Positions 19,996-29,363 of a stretch of DNA of 64,000 bases are shown here, piece by piece (the stretch's first letter is position 1; the number at the start of each line of letters is the position of its first letter). The notes under the pieces are model-generated. The model saw only the letters and a list, made by a program, of their open reading frames with translations, had not been told where the DNA came from and did not search any database. The stretch is taken from contig CAVQNG010000003.1 of the NCBI GenBank assembly GCA_963713825.1, positions 1,839,116-1,903,115 on the forward strand, in the 5' to 3' direction. Both the position numbers and the translations under genes were made by a program. This DNA is from an uncultured Acidobacteriota bacterium. GTDB lineage: Bacteria > Acidobacteriota > Thermoanaerobaculia > Multivoradales > JAHEKO01.

Positions 19996-21483
19996 CTACT
20001 GGGGGTCGCCCAGAAACCTGACCATCCGCACCATTGCCTCGGTGTCGAGCTGGCAGTACTCCAGGAGACGGGCTCGGAGTTGCTCGCGGCGCTCGGGCGA
20101 GGTTCTCTGGTCGATTGCCTCGAGGTAGGAGTTGGAGGCCGCGGATCCGTCCTGAATCTCTTCGAGGGCCGAGTAGTCGAGGTCCGGAGCAAACGTTGGC
20201 AGCACAGCCTTGACTGACCAGGAACCGAGCATGTCGGGGTGGTAGTAGTTCTCTTTGACGACAGGGTGGAGATCGACGAGCCGGTCTAGAACGGACTCCA
20301 GACCTGCAGCGAGATCAGGAAAGCGCTCGGCCAGATGCAGAATAACTTTTCTCTCGTAGGGGGTGTACATCAAGACCGGGCCATCGGTTCCCAGTACCTC
20401 GACCAAGCTCTCCGTCAGGGGCCGCATTGGCGGCTCGCCCGACAGATCGAGGAACTCCTCGTGCCGTAGGCTGCCATCGGCCTCTTCAATGTGGCATGAC
20501 CACTGCACGGCCAGGGTCTCGTAGGGATGCGTCCCGGGCCAGATCGGTACAGCCGGAGCGATCGTCTCGAAGTCCAGGTAGTAGCGGGGAAAGGGGAGCT
20601 CTTGAACGAAGGCTTCAGCGCCATCGAGCAACTCGGCCTCGCCTGTCACGGTCACCCGGTGGATGCGTAGGCGAGTCTCACTTCCCTCCAACTCGACTGC
20701 CGGCACATCACGAATGTCCTGGTAGCCGGCGGTCACGAAGTGCCCCAGTCTCTCCTTCGATCCGCCCAGACCCTGAACCGGGTACTTCGTCTCCGTCGGC
20801 CAGCACTGATCGAAGAAAGGGCAGAGATAGGGTGTCGTGCAGTGTTGTCCGACGGCAACCTCAGGTACCTCTCCGGCAGCAGCCTCTCTGGCGAGCTCTA
20901 CCCAGGTGGGCACCGAATCCTGCAGCTCGGCCACCTCTGAAGTGAGGTCTGCCTCGACCAGAAGGCCGGAATAGTCTTCGCCGCCCGGATACTCGAAGGT
21001 ATTGTCGACATGGGCCAGGGCGATCTCTCCCAGGTCATATCCCAAGCCCCGAAAGACCCAGGCTTGAACCGCGCAGTCCTCGAGATGCTCGTCTTTGAGC
21101 TTTGTCGATGCCTTGACCTCGACGATCTTCCATTTCGGGCTATCTGGGTTTGGGCCCTCCGGCATCAGCACGTCCAGTCGCACGAGGACGCCGCCATGGG
21201 AGAAGGTCGCCTCGAAGATCGGCTCGCTCACGCCGGCTCGCATCAGCCGTTCCGTGTCGCGTAGAGCCTTGGCGAGGCCTGGACCGTACTCGATCAGAAT
21301 CCCTCGACCCTGGCCATAGATCTCCTGTGCGACATCGCCAACTCGGTGTCCAATGTCGAACGCCCTCTGCGTTGTCGGTGTGATCTCGCGCAGCTCTGGA
21401 TGTTGCACTTCGAACCACAACCGCTTGCGGCACTGCAACGCCGACATGATCTTGGTCTTCGACAGCTGCATCGTCCGACCCAT
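19996..21483 (-). CDS. DUF2779-type protein: N-terminal Cas4-like PD-(D/E)XK nuclease plus C-terminal RNase H-like/DEDD domain
   Basis: QCRKRLW; RLDVL...VEVKAST; CTTPYLCPFFDQC cysteine cluster; YLDFET...YCQLDT. Confidence 0.75.
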   Translation of the reverse strand: MGRTMQLSKTKIMSALQCRKRLWFEVQHPELREITPTTQRAFDIGHRVGDVAQEIYGQGRGILIEYGPGLAKALRDTERLMRAGVSEPIFEATFSHGGVLVRLDVLMPEGPNPDSPKWKIVEVKASTKLKDEHLEDCAVQAWVFRGLGYDLGEIALAHVDNTFEYPGGEDYSGLLVEADLTSEVAELQDSVPTWVELAREAAAGEVPEVAVGQHCTTPYLCPFFDQCWPTETKYPVQGLGGSKERLGHFVTAGYQDIRDVPAVELEGSETRLRIHRVTVTGEAELLDGAEAFVQELPFPRYYLDFETIAPAVPIWPGTHPYETLAVQWSCHIEEADGSLRHEEFLDLSGEPPMRPLTESLVEVLGTDGPVLMYTPYERKVILHLAERFPDLAAGLESVLDRLVDLHPVVKENYYHPDMLGSWSVKAVLPTFAPDLDYSALEEIQDGSAASNSYLEAIDQRTSPERREQLRARLLEYCQLDTEAMVRMVRFLGDPQ

Positions 21484-21506
21484 GCGTTCAGCTTGTCACA
21501 GGGAGC

Positions 21507-21959
21507 CTACCCTCGGGCGAGCCCCTTCAGGATCTCCTTCCGAAGGCCCTCGATGATGGCAACGAGAGTCCGGCGTTTCCGCGCCTTGACTGGGGGCCTG
21601 GAGATCGACGCGAGCTTGAACCTGACCGTTGGAGGATAGCCGGCCATGAGCATCAGAGCCTTCCATTCGGGCCCGTGCGGCCGGATCGAGCTACCGTGGA
21701 GGTGATGAGCCGCGAGGTGCGCGGCCTCGTGGCAGAGAACCTCCTGGACCAGGGCGTCCGAATCCTCCAGGACGAATTGTGCTATCCGAATCAAGTTGCG
21801 CTCGGGGTAGCACCGGCCCAGCGAGCGGGTCATACGGGAGCTGAACTCGACGGTGATCTGCGCGGCCAGATCGTCGGCAGCCCAGACGTGGCACCAGCTC
21901 TGGAGGGCCCGGTGGATGTCTACCGACAATTGCCTTCGGATGGGAACGGTGGCGGCCAT
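21507..21959 (-). CDS. SprT-like Zn metalloprotease
   Basis: FSSRMTRSLG; LCHEAAH; PHGPEWK. Confidence 0.85.
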   Translation of the reverse strand: MAATVPIRRQLSVDIHRALQSWCHVWAADDLAAQITVEFSSRMTRSLGRCYPERNLIRIAQFVLEDSDALVQEVLCHEAAHLAAHHLHGSSIRPHGPEWKALMLMAGYPPTVRFKLASISRPPVKARKRRTLVAIIEGLRKEILKGLARG

Positions 21960-21968
21960 GAGAGCGGG

Positions 21969-23162
21969 TCAGATTCTAACCGTCATTCCGAGGTGTCCTG
22001 AATAGGTGGAGATCGCAGATCGCACCGCGTGCTGGGTTGCGGTGGAGGGATCTCTGCTTTCGAAGACGAGGGATAGAACATCCAGGCACTTGCGTTGGCG
22101 GTCGGCTTTCAGATCGACCCGGGCCACGAGCTCGTCGCCGACAAGCACCGGCAGACAGTAGTACCCGTACTGACGACTCGCCGCCGGCTTGAAGATCTCG
22201 AGCACTTGATGGAAATCGAAGAGTCGTTGGGTGCGAGCCCGATCCCAAAGGACGGGATCGAACGGTGAGAGGAGAACGCCCTTGCTCCGACGAACGCGCA
22301 AGCGAGAAAGGTCGTGCGCCAGCTCCAGATCCTCGGTCCGGATCCATCCCGAGAGCCGGCCACCGTTCTTGTCAACGAGGCTGCAGGCGACAATCGCCTC
22401 CATCTCGACCAGCTCGCGCAGCGCCAGTGCGAGCTCCTTCTTCCTGTTTCTGAGTCGCCAGGTCGCAGTCAGGGTCCCCGTCTGCGCCCAGCCATGACCG
22501 GCCAGCGCTCGAAGCAGAAGAGTCCGAAGAGAGGAGGGTAGATCGCGTGGTTGCTTTCTGAGCTCCGCTGGGATCACCCGCTCAGCGAGATCGAAGACGC
22601 GTTGAAAGCTGCGTCGTTCACGAATGGCCAGATCACCCCTCGACCACAAGGCGGACGCCACCTTCTTGGTGAGCTTCACGTCCCAGCCCGAGCCCGACTG
22701 GCCTTCGAGATCGAGGGACCGCAGCGGCCCTTCGTTCCGAATCCGATCCAAAAGACGCTGGGTGGCCTTTGGGTTCTCGCCGAGAACATCCCCCCACCAC
22801 GGGTGGTGGCGATACTCCTGCCGCCGAAACTCGAAGTAGGGGTAGAGCTCCATCGGCAGCCAACTGGCTTCGTGTCCCCAGTATTCGAACAGCGGCTCAC
22901 CAGGGCTGAGGAGGGACTCGCAAACGGCGGGATCGATCCCCTCGAGTCGGGACATCAGCACCAGGGCGTGGCTGCGAGCTCCGGCGACGGCGACCGTATC
23001 CAACTGCAGGTAGCCGAATCGCCGAACCACCGCGAGGCAAGCCCGGCGGGCGGCCTTCTCCCGCAGGGGACCCCTGCTCGGCAGGCCCGTCAAGGCTGGT
23101 CGAAGCAGGCCCGCTCTCACGAGGGCCAGGCGTCTGGCTTGGCGGATGTCGATGCTTTCCAT
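21969..23162 (-). CDS. ycaQ: YcaQ/AlkZ-family winged-helix crosslink-repair DNA glycosylase
   Basis: QLDT catalytic QxD motif; FEYWGHEAS; LLSPFDP; RQYGYYCLPVL; RVDLKADR. Confidence 0.85.
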   Translation of the reverse strand: MESIDIRQARRLALVRAGLLRPALTGLPSRGPLREKAARRACLAVVRRFGYLQLDTVAVAGARSHALVLMSRLEGIDPAVCESLLSPGEPLFEYWGHEASWLPMELYPYFEFRRQEYRHHPWWGDVLGENPKATQRLLDRIRNEGPLRSLDLEGQSGSGWDVKLTKKVASALWSRGDLAIRERRSFQRVFDLAERVIPAELRKQPRDLPSSLRTLLLRALAGHGWAQTGTLTATWRLRNRKKELALALRELVEMEAIVACSLVDKNGGRLSGWIRTEDLELAHDLSRLRVRRSKGVLLSPFDPVLWDRARTQRLFDFHQVLEIFKPAASRQYGYYCLPVLVGDELVARVDLKADRQRKCLDVLSLVFESRDPSTATQHAVRSAISTYSGHLGMTVRI

Positions 23163-23281
23163 GATGGCGACCAGCAAGGGTATCCCAGAAGGGGGACCAC
23201 GCTGGGTTCGCACTTTCTTGATACCTAGTGAAACAAAGTATATGGTGTGACCGTATACATAGTTGAACGAAAGGAAAGACC

Positions 23282-23635
23282 ATGGAATCCCTGGAAAGAG
23301 AGCTCAGACGCGGCACTCTGGAGCTGCTCTTGCTCCGCATCCTGGCTGACGAGCCGACGTATGGCTACGAGCTCCTCAGCCGGTTGGGCAAACGCAGCAG
23401 TGGGCGGTTCAAGATCAAGGAAGGAACGCTTTATCCGGTGCTCTATCGGCTCGAGGATGCAGACCTGGTGGAGCCGGAGTGGGAGCAACGGGCCCGCGGC
23501 GCGGCGCGAAAGATCTATCGATTGACCACAGCGGGGCAGCAGCGGCTTGTCGAACTGACGACGGAATGGCAGGGCTTCGCTGCTGGCATCGAGAGCATTC
23601 TCTCTGGGCATACGCCCGAGAAGGAGGAAACATGA
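23282..23635 (+). CDS. PadR-family transcriptional regulator
   Basis: RRGTLELL; YGYEL; GTLYPVLYRLE; RKIYRLT. Confidence 0.92.
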   Translation: MESLERELRRGTLELLLLRILADEPTYGYELLSRLGKRSSGRFKIKEGTLYPVLYRLEDADLVEPEWEQRARGAARKIYRLTTAGQQRLVELTTEWQGFAAGIESILSGHTPEKEET

Positions 23636-24351
23636 AACCAGCTGAACGCTATATCGACGACGTCCTGAGCCACGTTTTTGCTGTCCCGGAGGATCGGCAG
23701 CGGCTGGAAGCCGACTTGCGCTCACACTTCACCGAAGGGGAGGCCGAGGGCAGGACTCCACGCCAGGTAATCGAGGGGCTGGGGACGCCCGAAGAGGTCG
23801 CGGCGGCCTTCAATGCCGAGCGCGAGTTCCGGTACGCGAGCTTCTGGCAGCGCCTTGTCGCCTTTTTCGGCGATGCAGGTCTCCTCATGTGTCTCGTGGT
23901 TCCGGTTCTCACCCTGGGTCTCATGGCGGGCGTGGTAGGAGAGGAGCCTGGAGACATTGCGGTCGTCTGGCTCATTCCCTTTGGGTTGCTGTTCCTGGCC
24001 ATCCTCGGTCTCGGCATCTTCTACTTCCCATTGCTCGAGGCGCACTATGGCAAGACGCTCGGCAAGCACCTGATGCGACTTCGAGTGGTGCGGGAGAACG
24101 GTTCGCCCATTGGCCTCGGTCAGGCCTTCGTGCGGCGGCTTTCGTTCTACTTCGACATGCTCTGGGTCGACGCGCTCTTCGTCTTCTTCACCGACAAGAA
24201 CCAGCGCGCCCTCGACATCGTCGCCAAGACCGTGGTGGCTCAGGAGCCAGGCGAGCGCACTCCGGGGTGGGCCTGGGTGGTGTGCCTGCTCCTCCCGGCC
24301 GTAGCGATGTGCTGCCTGCTGTTGCTGGTGGCCCTCTGCGGACCGGCCTGA
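23632..24351 (+). CDS. RDD-family membrane protein with N-terminal HAAS/DUF1700-like domain
   Basis: LGTPEEVA; ASFWQRLVAFFGD; GKTLGK; QRALDIVAKT; ATGA overlap with the PadR gene. Confidence 0.85.
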   Translation: MKPAERYIDDVLSHVFAVPEDRQRLEADLRSHFTEGEAEGRTPRQVIEGLGTPEEVAAAFNAEREFRYASFWQRLVAFFGDAGLLMCLVVPVLTLGLMAGVVGEEPGDIAVVWLIPFGLLFLAILGLGIFYFPLLEAHYGKTLGKHLMRLRVVRENGSPIGLGQAFVRRLSFYFDMLWVDALFVFFTDKNQRALDIVAKTVVAQEPGERTPGWAWVVCLLLPAVAMCCLLLLVALCGPA

Positions 24352-24369
24352 CCATCTACCTGTGTTCGA

Positions 24370-24423
24370 GTAGGGGAGGGGGCTTGCCCCCTCCCGCGGG
24401 CGGCCGCAAGGGGCCGCCCCTAC
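24370..24423 (+). repeat. GTAG-type REP doublet (REPIN-like)
   Basis: GTAGGGGAGGGGGCTTGCCCCCTCCC...GGGCGGCCGCAAGGGGCCGCCCCTAC. Confidence 0.75.
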
Positions 24424-24450
24424 ATTTGTAGGGACAGATCAGAGTTCTTG

Positions 24451-25749
24451 CTACTGGGTAGTGCCAGACCAGCTAGTGGTGTCACCCGCTTCGAAGCCGT
24501 CGGCGAACACCGTCGACACATCGAAGCGGCCGAACCACATGTCGAGGCCTCGGGTTGGGTGGCTGACGAGGGCCGACACGTAGAGATCGTTGTTCCTGCC
24601 AGCCGCCACCCCGATACCGGTGTCGTAGCCACTGTCCGGCCCATCGAGCGTGACCCAGGCCTCCAGGTTCAACGCGGGGTCGAAACGCGCCAGCCAGATG
24701 TTCGTGCCGCCGACAGTCTCGGTGAAGGTGCCGGTGTGGTAGAGGCGGCCAGCGCTGCCCATGGTCATGAGGTAGGCAACGTCTTCGCCGTCGACGGGGC
24801 CGTTGATCGTCAGCGCGTCGATTGGGTTCAGGTCGGTGTCGTACTTCGCCATCCAGATGTTGTAGCTCTCGTTCGTCTCGATCATGGTGCCAGTAACGAA
24901 GATCGTGTCGTCCCCGTCGAAGGTGATGCCGTAACCCTTGTCTTCATCGGGCGTCGGTCCGTCGACCGTAATGTCATCGACGAACGTCAGGTCGTCCTTG
25001 AACTTGCCGATCCAGATGGCGTAGTCCCGGCTCAGGTCGTCGGTCATCGAGCCGCTCACGAACAGGTGCCGTGTGTCATCGAAGGCCATGAACCGCGCCT
25101 TGTCGGTGTCGTGGGCGGGACCATCCATCGTGATGTCGTCCACCAGGTCGAGGTCGGTGCCGTAGATGGCGAGCCAGATGTTCGCGTCCTGGCCGGTTTC
25201 CCGCAGCGTTCCAGCCAGGTAGAGGTTGCCGCTAACGCTGTCGAAGAGGATGCCGTAGCCGTCGTCTTCGCCGTTGTCCGTGCCGTTGACGGTGATCGAG
25301 TCGAGCAGCGTCAGGTCGGAGTCGAACTTGCCGAGCCAGATGTTGTGGCGCTCGCCTGCTTCGGTCATGTATCCCACCAGGTAGACGTTACCGCTCCCAT
25401 CGAAGGCCATCGTGTAGCCTTCGTCGTCCCCGTTCGCCACGCCGTTGACCGTGACGCTGTCCTGGTAGACGAGCTCCTCGCTGTACTTGCCCAGCCAGAT
25501 GTTTCGACCCTGGCCCGCGACGGTAACGTAGCCTGTGGCGTACACAGTGCCGTCGGAAGCCACCGATATGCCGCGCGCTTCGTCGTTGCCGTCCTCCCCG
25601 CCATCGACCGTCACGGATTGCAGGAGATGGAAGACATCCCCTTCCTCGGAAACTGGAACGACGTCAGGTGGAGCGGAATCGACTGCTGCCGGGTGAACCA
25701 CCAGCACTAGGACGGCGACGACCGATACGACCAAGGCTCTCGGGCACAT
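24451..25749 (-). CDS. Secreted beta-propeller repeat protein with FADGFEAGD tail
   Basis: Seven ~50-aa repeats (DxGYGI...G.LY..G...NIWLGKFD); signal peptide. Confidence 0.8.
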   Translation of the reverse strand: MCPRALVVSVVAVLVLVVHPAAVDSAPPDVVPVSEEGDVFHLLQSVTVDGGEDGNDEARGISVASDGTVYATGYVTVAGQGRNIWLGKYSEELVYQDSVTVNGVANGDDEGYTMAFDGSGNVYLVGYMTEAGERHNIWLGKFDSDLTLLDSITVNGTDNGEDDGYGILFDSVSGNLYLAGTLRETGQDANIWLAIYGTDLDLVDDITMDGPAHDTDKARFMAFDDTRHLFVSGSMTDDLSRDYAIWIGKFKDDLTFVDDITVDGPTPDEDKGYGITFDGDDTIFVTGTMIETNESYNIWMAKYDTDLNPIDALTINGPVDGEDVAYLMTMGSAGRLYHTGTFTETVGGTNIWLARFDPALNLEAWVTLDGPDSGYDTGIGVAAGRNNDLYVSALVSHPTRGLDMWFGRFDVSTVFADGFEAGDTTSWSGTTQ

Positions 25750-25957
25750 GGGAGATCTCCCGAAGGGGACGGTCCGCGTTGCTGCTGGACTTCATTATAG
25801 GACCTGTCTGTCGACTGGAGAGGACCTCCGCTTCGAAGAGTCCGGCATTCGCCGGCCAGTAGATGTAACATCTTCCCAGGGACTCGTCTCTTGTTGGTAG
25901 AGCTTGCCAGTGGTGCACTGTCGAGTCGTCGAATACGCTCCAAGAAAGGCCGAAGTC

Positions 25958-26362
25958 ATGAGCGCATGGATCCTTCGCTTTTCCGACAACAAGATCACGG
26001 TCGGGGTTCGCAGGCCAATCACGGTCCTTAGCGTCACGAGTGACGGTGAAGAGACGAAGTTGGAGGTGCTCGAGGCCGGTGGGGAAGTGCATCCGGGACT
26101 GCGAGATCTGGTTCGGGACCAAATCAAGCAGGGACGCCGTCGCTTGATTCTGGATCTGGGCTCTGTCGAGCGGATCGACTCGGATGGAGTTGGAGAAGTC
26201 GTGGTGGTCTGGCAACACGCGAAGAACCGGGGCGGGGAGCTGGTGCTCGCGAATCTCGTGCCCAGGGTTCACGATCTCTTCGAGATCCTCTTTCTCGACA
26301 AGGTGATCCCGATCTCCGATTCGATCTCCGAAGCGGTGGAATACCTGAACGAGGACGGCTGA
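25958..26362 (+). CDS. STAS anti-sigma-factor antagonist
   Basis: LILDLGSVERIDSDGVGE motif. Confidence 0.75.
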   Translation: MSAWILRFSDNKITVGVRRPITVLSVTSDGEETKLEVLEAGGEVHPGLRDLVRDQIKQGRRRLILDLGSVERIDSDGVGEVVVVWQHAKNRGGELVLANLVPRVHDLFEILFLDKVIPISDSISEAVEYLNEDG

Positions 26363-26433
26363 GCACGCCTTGCCAGTGGGAGGTCTCGGCCTCGACGCTG
26401 GCCGAGACCCTCGAGACAATCTTCGAGCGGCAG

Positions 26434-26994
26434 TCAACGGGGGACGCTGGTGATAGCGGCGCGAATCTGGTTGGCCAGGCCCTTCATTTGGGTGGAGACC
26501 AGTAGCTTCCATTCGTCGCCCCGCTTCTTGCACGAGACGACCTCCATGCCTTCCACTTTGACGTCACCCACCGTGACTTGGTTGCGGGTCACGACATGCG
26601 CCACGTCCGGGCCTTCCATCACCTCTCCCAGAATCTCCAGGCCATCGAAGTTCACTCTGCCGAGAGCTTCGGCCTGAGCGAGTGCAGAGCGCAAGAAGGA
26701 TGCGAAGAATTGCCTATCCGACATCTTCGCGATCGACTCTGCAGTCGCTCCGGCCCCAAAGAAAGCCTCGCGAAACTGTTGTTGAGCGGCGGGCGGGGCC
26801 TCATCGATGATGCTCAGCGATTGGCGAAACTCGGTCAAGGCCGACGGATCGAAGAAGGCAGCGGCAGCTTCGAAGTTACCCTCCTGCAGTTGTTTGTAGA
26901 AGGCTGCTGCCGTCTCTGGTGCTGTGGCTCCATAGACCAGACCGCTCGACAGGAGCAGAGCTGCTAACGCGAATCGTAAGGTCTTCATGATCAT
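26434..26994 (-). CDS. Secreted hypothetical protein (possible NTF2-like fold)
   Basis: Signal peptide; clean 186-aa ORF; KKRGDEWKL. Confidence 0.65.
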   Translation of the reverse strand: MIMKTLRFALAALLLSSGLVYGATAPETAAAFYKQLQEGNFEAAAAFFDPSALTEFRQSLSIIDEAPPAAQQQFREAFFGAGATAESIAKMSDRQFFASFLRSALAQAEALGRVNFDGLEILGEVMEGPDVAHVVTRNQVTVGDVKVEGMEVVSCKKRGDEWKLLVSTQMKGLANQIRAAITSVPR

Positions 26995-27111
26995 CCTCTT
27001 CCCTTCGAAGTGAGTGCCAGATTCAACCAGGTGCCTGGGAACCTTCGGGCCACAGCATAACGGGTTACAATCTCATCTTCACTCCAGAGGGGAAATTCGA
27101 GGAGGTCTCTC

Positions 27112-29337
27112 TTGTCCGACCGTGGTCATGTCGTAATCGTCGACGACGACACATCCAGCGCCGCTGCGCTCCAGGAGCTCCTGGAAAAGGACGGCTACGT
27201 GGTTGAGAGCACGGGCAGTGGCTCGCACGCTCTCGAAGCCATCGTGTCGGCAAGAGCCAACCTCGTCCTGGTCGACACCCACCTGTCACAGACCAATCCA
27301 TTCGAGCTTCTCGAAGAGCTCAAAGCAAGCCAGCAGGCGCGCGACATCCCGGTGATCTTCATGACCAGCCTCGACGATGCGGAGGCCAAGGCCAAGGGGC
27401 TCGAGTCGGGCGACGACCTGATCGTCAAACCGTTCGATGCCCGTGAGGTCCTGGCGCGGATCGAACGCCAGGTCACCGTATCCAAGGTGCGCATGGCGCT
27501 TCGCGAATCGGAGGCCAAATTCCGCTCGGTCATGGAGTCGGCGATCGACGCCATCATCTCCGGCGACGCCGAGGGCTTGATCCGGTCGTGGAACAGCGCC
27601 GCGACGGTGCTCTTCGGTTTCACAGAGGCCGAGGTGATCGGCCAGCCCATCGACCTGATCATCCCTGAGCGCTACCAAGAGGCCCATCAAAAGGGCATTC
27701 ATAGAGTCAGCTCGGGTGGGCCGACCCACGTCATTGGCAAGACTGTCGAGCTCGCGGCCGTGCGCAAGGATGGGGCCGAGTTTCCGGTCGAGCTGTCTCT
27801 GGCGACCTGGTTCCTGGATGACGAGCGCTATTACACCGGCATCATCCGTGACATCAGCGAGCGCAAGCAGGCAGAGCAGAAATTCCGCTCGGTTACCGAG
27901 TCGGCGATCGACGCCATCATCTCGGCCGACCACGTGGGACACATCATCAGCTGGAACAAGGCGGCCACGGAGATCCTCGGCTACAGGGAGGAGGAGGCGG
28001 TCGGCCAGCGCCTCGAGCTGATCATCCCGGAGAAGTTCCATGATGCGCACCGCAACGGCATGGCGCGGTTTGCGGCAACCGGGGAAGCTCGCGCGATCGG
28101 CACCACGGTCGAGCTTGCCGCTCGCACGAAGAGCGGTGAAGAGATGCCGATCGAATTGTCGCTCTCGACCTGGACGGTCCGCGACGAGCGCTACTACACC
28201 GGCATCATCCGCGACATCGGCGAGCGCAAGAGGGCAGAGGAAGCACTGCGCGAAAGCGAGCAGACACTGCGGGATCGCACCGAAGAGCTGAAGACGAAGA
28301 ACGAGGCGCTGGAAGAGACCCTGAACAAGCTCAACCAGATGCACAACCAGCTCATCATGCAGGAAAAGATGGCCTCGCTCGGCAAGCTCAGCGCCGGCAT
28401 GGCGCACGAGCTCAACAACCCGGCCGCGGCTGCACAACGCGGCGCGGCCCAGCTGCAAACGACCTTCTCGCAGCTGCAGGGAATCCAACTACGGCTCGGT
28501 GAGTCGAAGCTCGATCAGGCGCAGCTGGGCAAGCTGGTGGAGCTGTATCAGGTGGCCAGGGATCGCGCCGAGAAGCCGGTGGACATCAAGGCCATCACGC
28601 GGAGTGATCGAGAAAACGCTCTCGAGGAGTGGCTCGAGGAGAAGGGCATCGATACCTCGGGAGAGTTGGTGCCTTCCCTCGTCAGCCTAGGCAGTGAAGA
28701 AGACGATCTCGAAGCGTTGACGGACCTGTTTCCTGATGCGCAGTTCTCGATGGTGATCGATTGGCTGAGCTGCATGTACGCCATCTACAGCCTACTGGGC
28801 GAGATCAGCTTGGGCTCCGGTCGCATCGCCGAGATCGTCAAGGCTCTCAAGACCTACACCTACATGGACCAGGCTCCGGTCCAATCCGTGGACCTGCGCG
28901 AAGGCCTGGACAACACGCTGATCATTCTCCACAGCAAGCTGAAGCGGGGGGTGACCGTGGTTCGGGAGTACGAGGAGGACCTGCCGGTCATCGAGGCCTT
29001 CGCGAGCGAGCTGAACCAGGTGTGGACCAACCTGATCGACAACGCCATCGATGCCATGGAGGGCGAGGGCACGCTCGTCGTGAGAGCCCGACGGGACGAT
29101 CCCTGGGTGGTCGTCCAGATCGAGGACAGCGGGAGCGGCATCCCCGAAGACATCCAATCGAAGATCTTCGATCCCTTCTTCACTACCAAGGGCCAGGGCG
29201 ATGGCACCGGTCTGGGGCTGAACATCAGCCGCAATCTCATTGTTCAGAAACACTTCGGCGAGATATCCGTAGAGTCGAAACCGGGCAGTACCTGTTTTAC
29301 CGTCCGGCTGCCGATCGATCTAAAACCCTCGGAATGA
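27112..29337 (+). CDS. REC-PAS-PAS sensor histidine kinase
   Basis: IVDDD receiver; two near-duplicate PAS/PAC domains; AHELNNP H-box; [29 protein letters not shown]; GAGGAGG RBS before TTG. Confidence 0.92.
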   Translation: MSDRGHVVIVDDDTSSAAALQELLEKDGYVVESTGSGSHALEAIVSARANLVLVDTHLSQTNPFELLEELKASQQARDIPVIFMTSLDDAEAKAKGLESGDDLIVKPFDAREVLARIERQVTVSKVRMALRESEAKFRSVMESAIDAIISGDAEGLIRSWNSAATVLFGFTEAEVIGQPIDLIIPERYQEAHQKGIHRVSSGGPTHVIGKTVELAAVRKDGAEFPVELSLATWFLDDERYYTGIIRDISERKQAEQKFRSVTESAIDAIISADHVGHIISWNKAATEILGYREEEAVGQRLELIIPEKFHDAHRNGMARFAATGEARAIGTTVELAARTKSGEEMPIELSLSTWTVRDERYYTGIIRDIGERKRAEEALRESEQTLRDRTEELKTKNEALEETLNKLNQMHNQLIMQEKMASLGKLSAGMAHELNNPAAAAQRGAAQLQTTFSQLQGIQLRLGESKLDQAQLGKLVELYQVARDRAEKPVDIKAITRSDRENALEEWLEEKGIDTSGELVPSLVSLGSEEDDLEALTDLFPDAQFSMVIDWLSCMYAIYSLLGEISLGSGRIAEIVKALKTYTYMDQAPVQSVDLREGLDNTLIILHSKLKRGVTVVREYEEDLPVIEAFASELNQVWTNLIDNAIDAMEGEGTLVVRARRDDPWVVVQIEDSGSGIPEDIQSKIFDPFFTTKGQGDGTGLGLNISRNLIVQKHFGEISVESKPGSTCFTVRLPIDLKPSE

Positions 29338-29363
29338 GCTCGGACGAAACGGAGAAGAGGAAC

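Noticed and set aside
27520-28260. Internal DNA duplication as a possible DGR template/variable repeat pair
   Set aside because: It is the tandem PAS-PAS duplication within the kinase; differences are not adenine-specific and there is no reverse transcriptase.
28761-29333. Long N-terminal extension of the REC-TrxB ORF
   Set aside because: Alternate-frame overlap with the histidine kinase; Arg/Pro-rich low-information translation.
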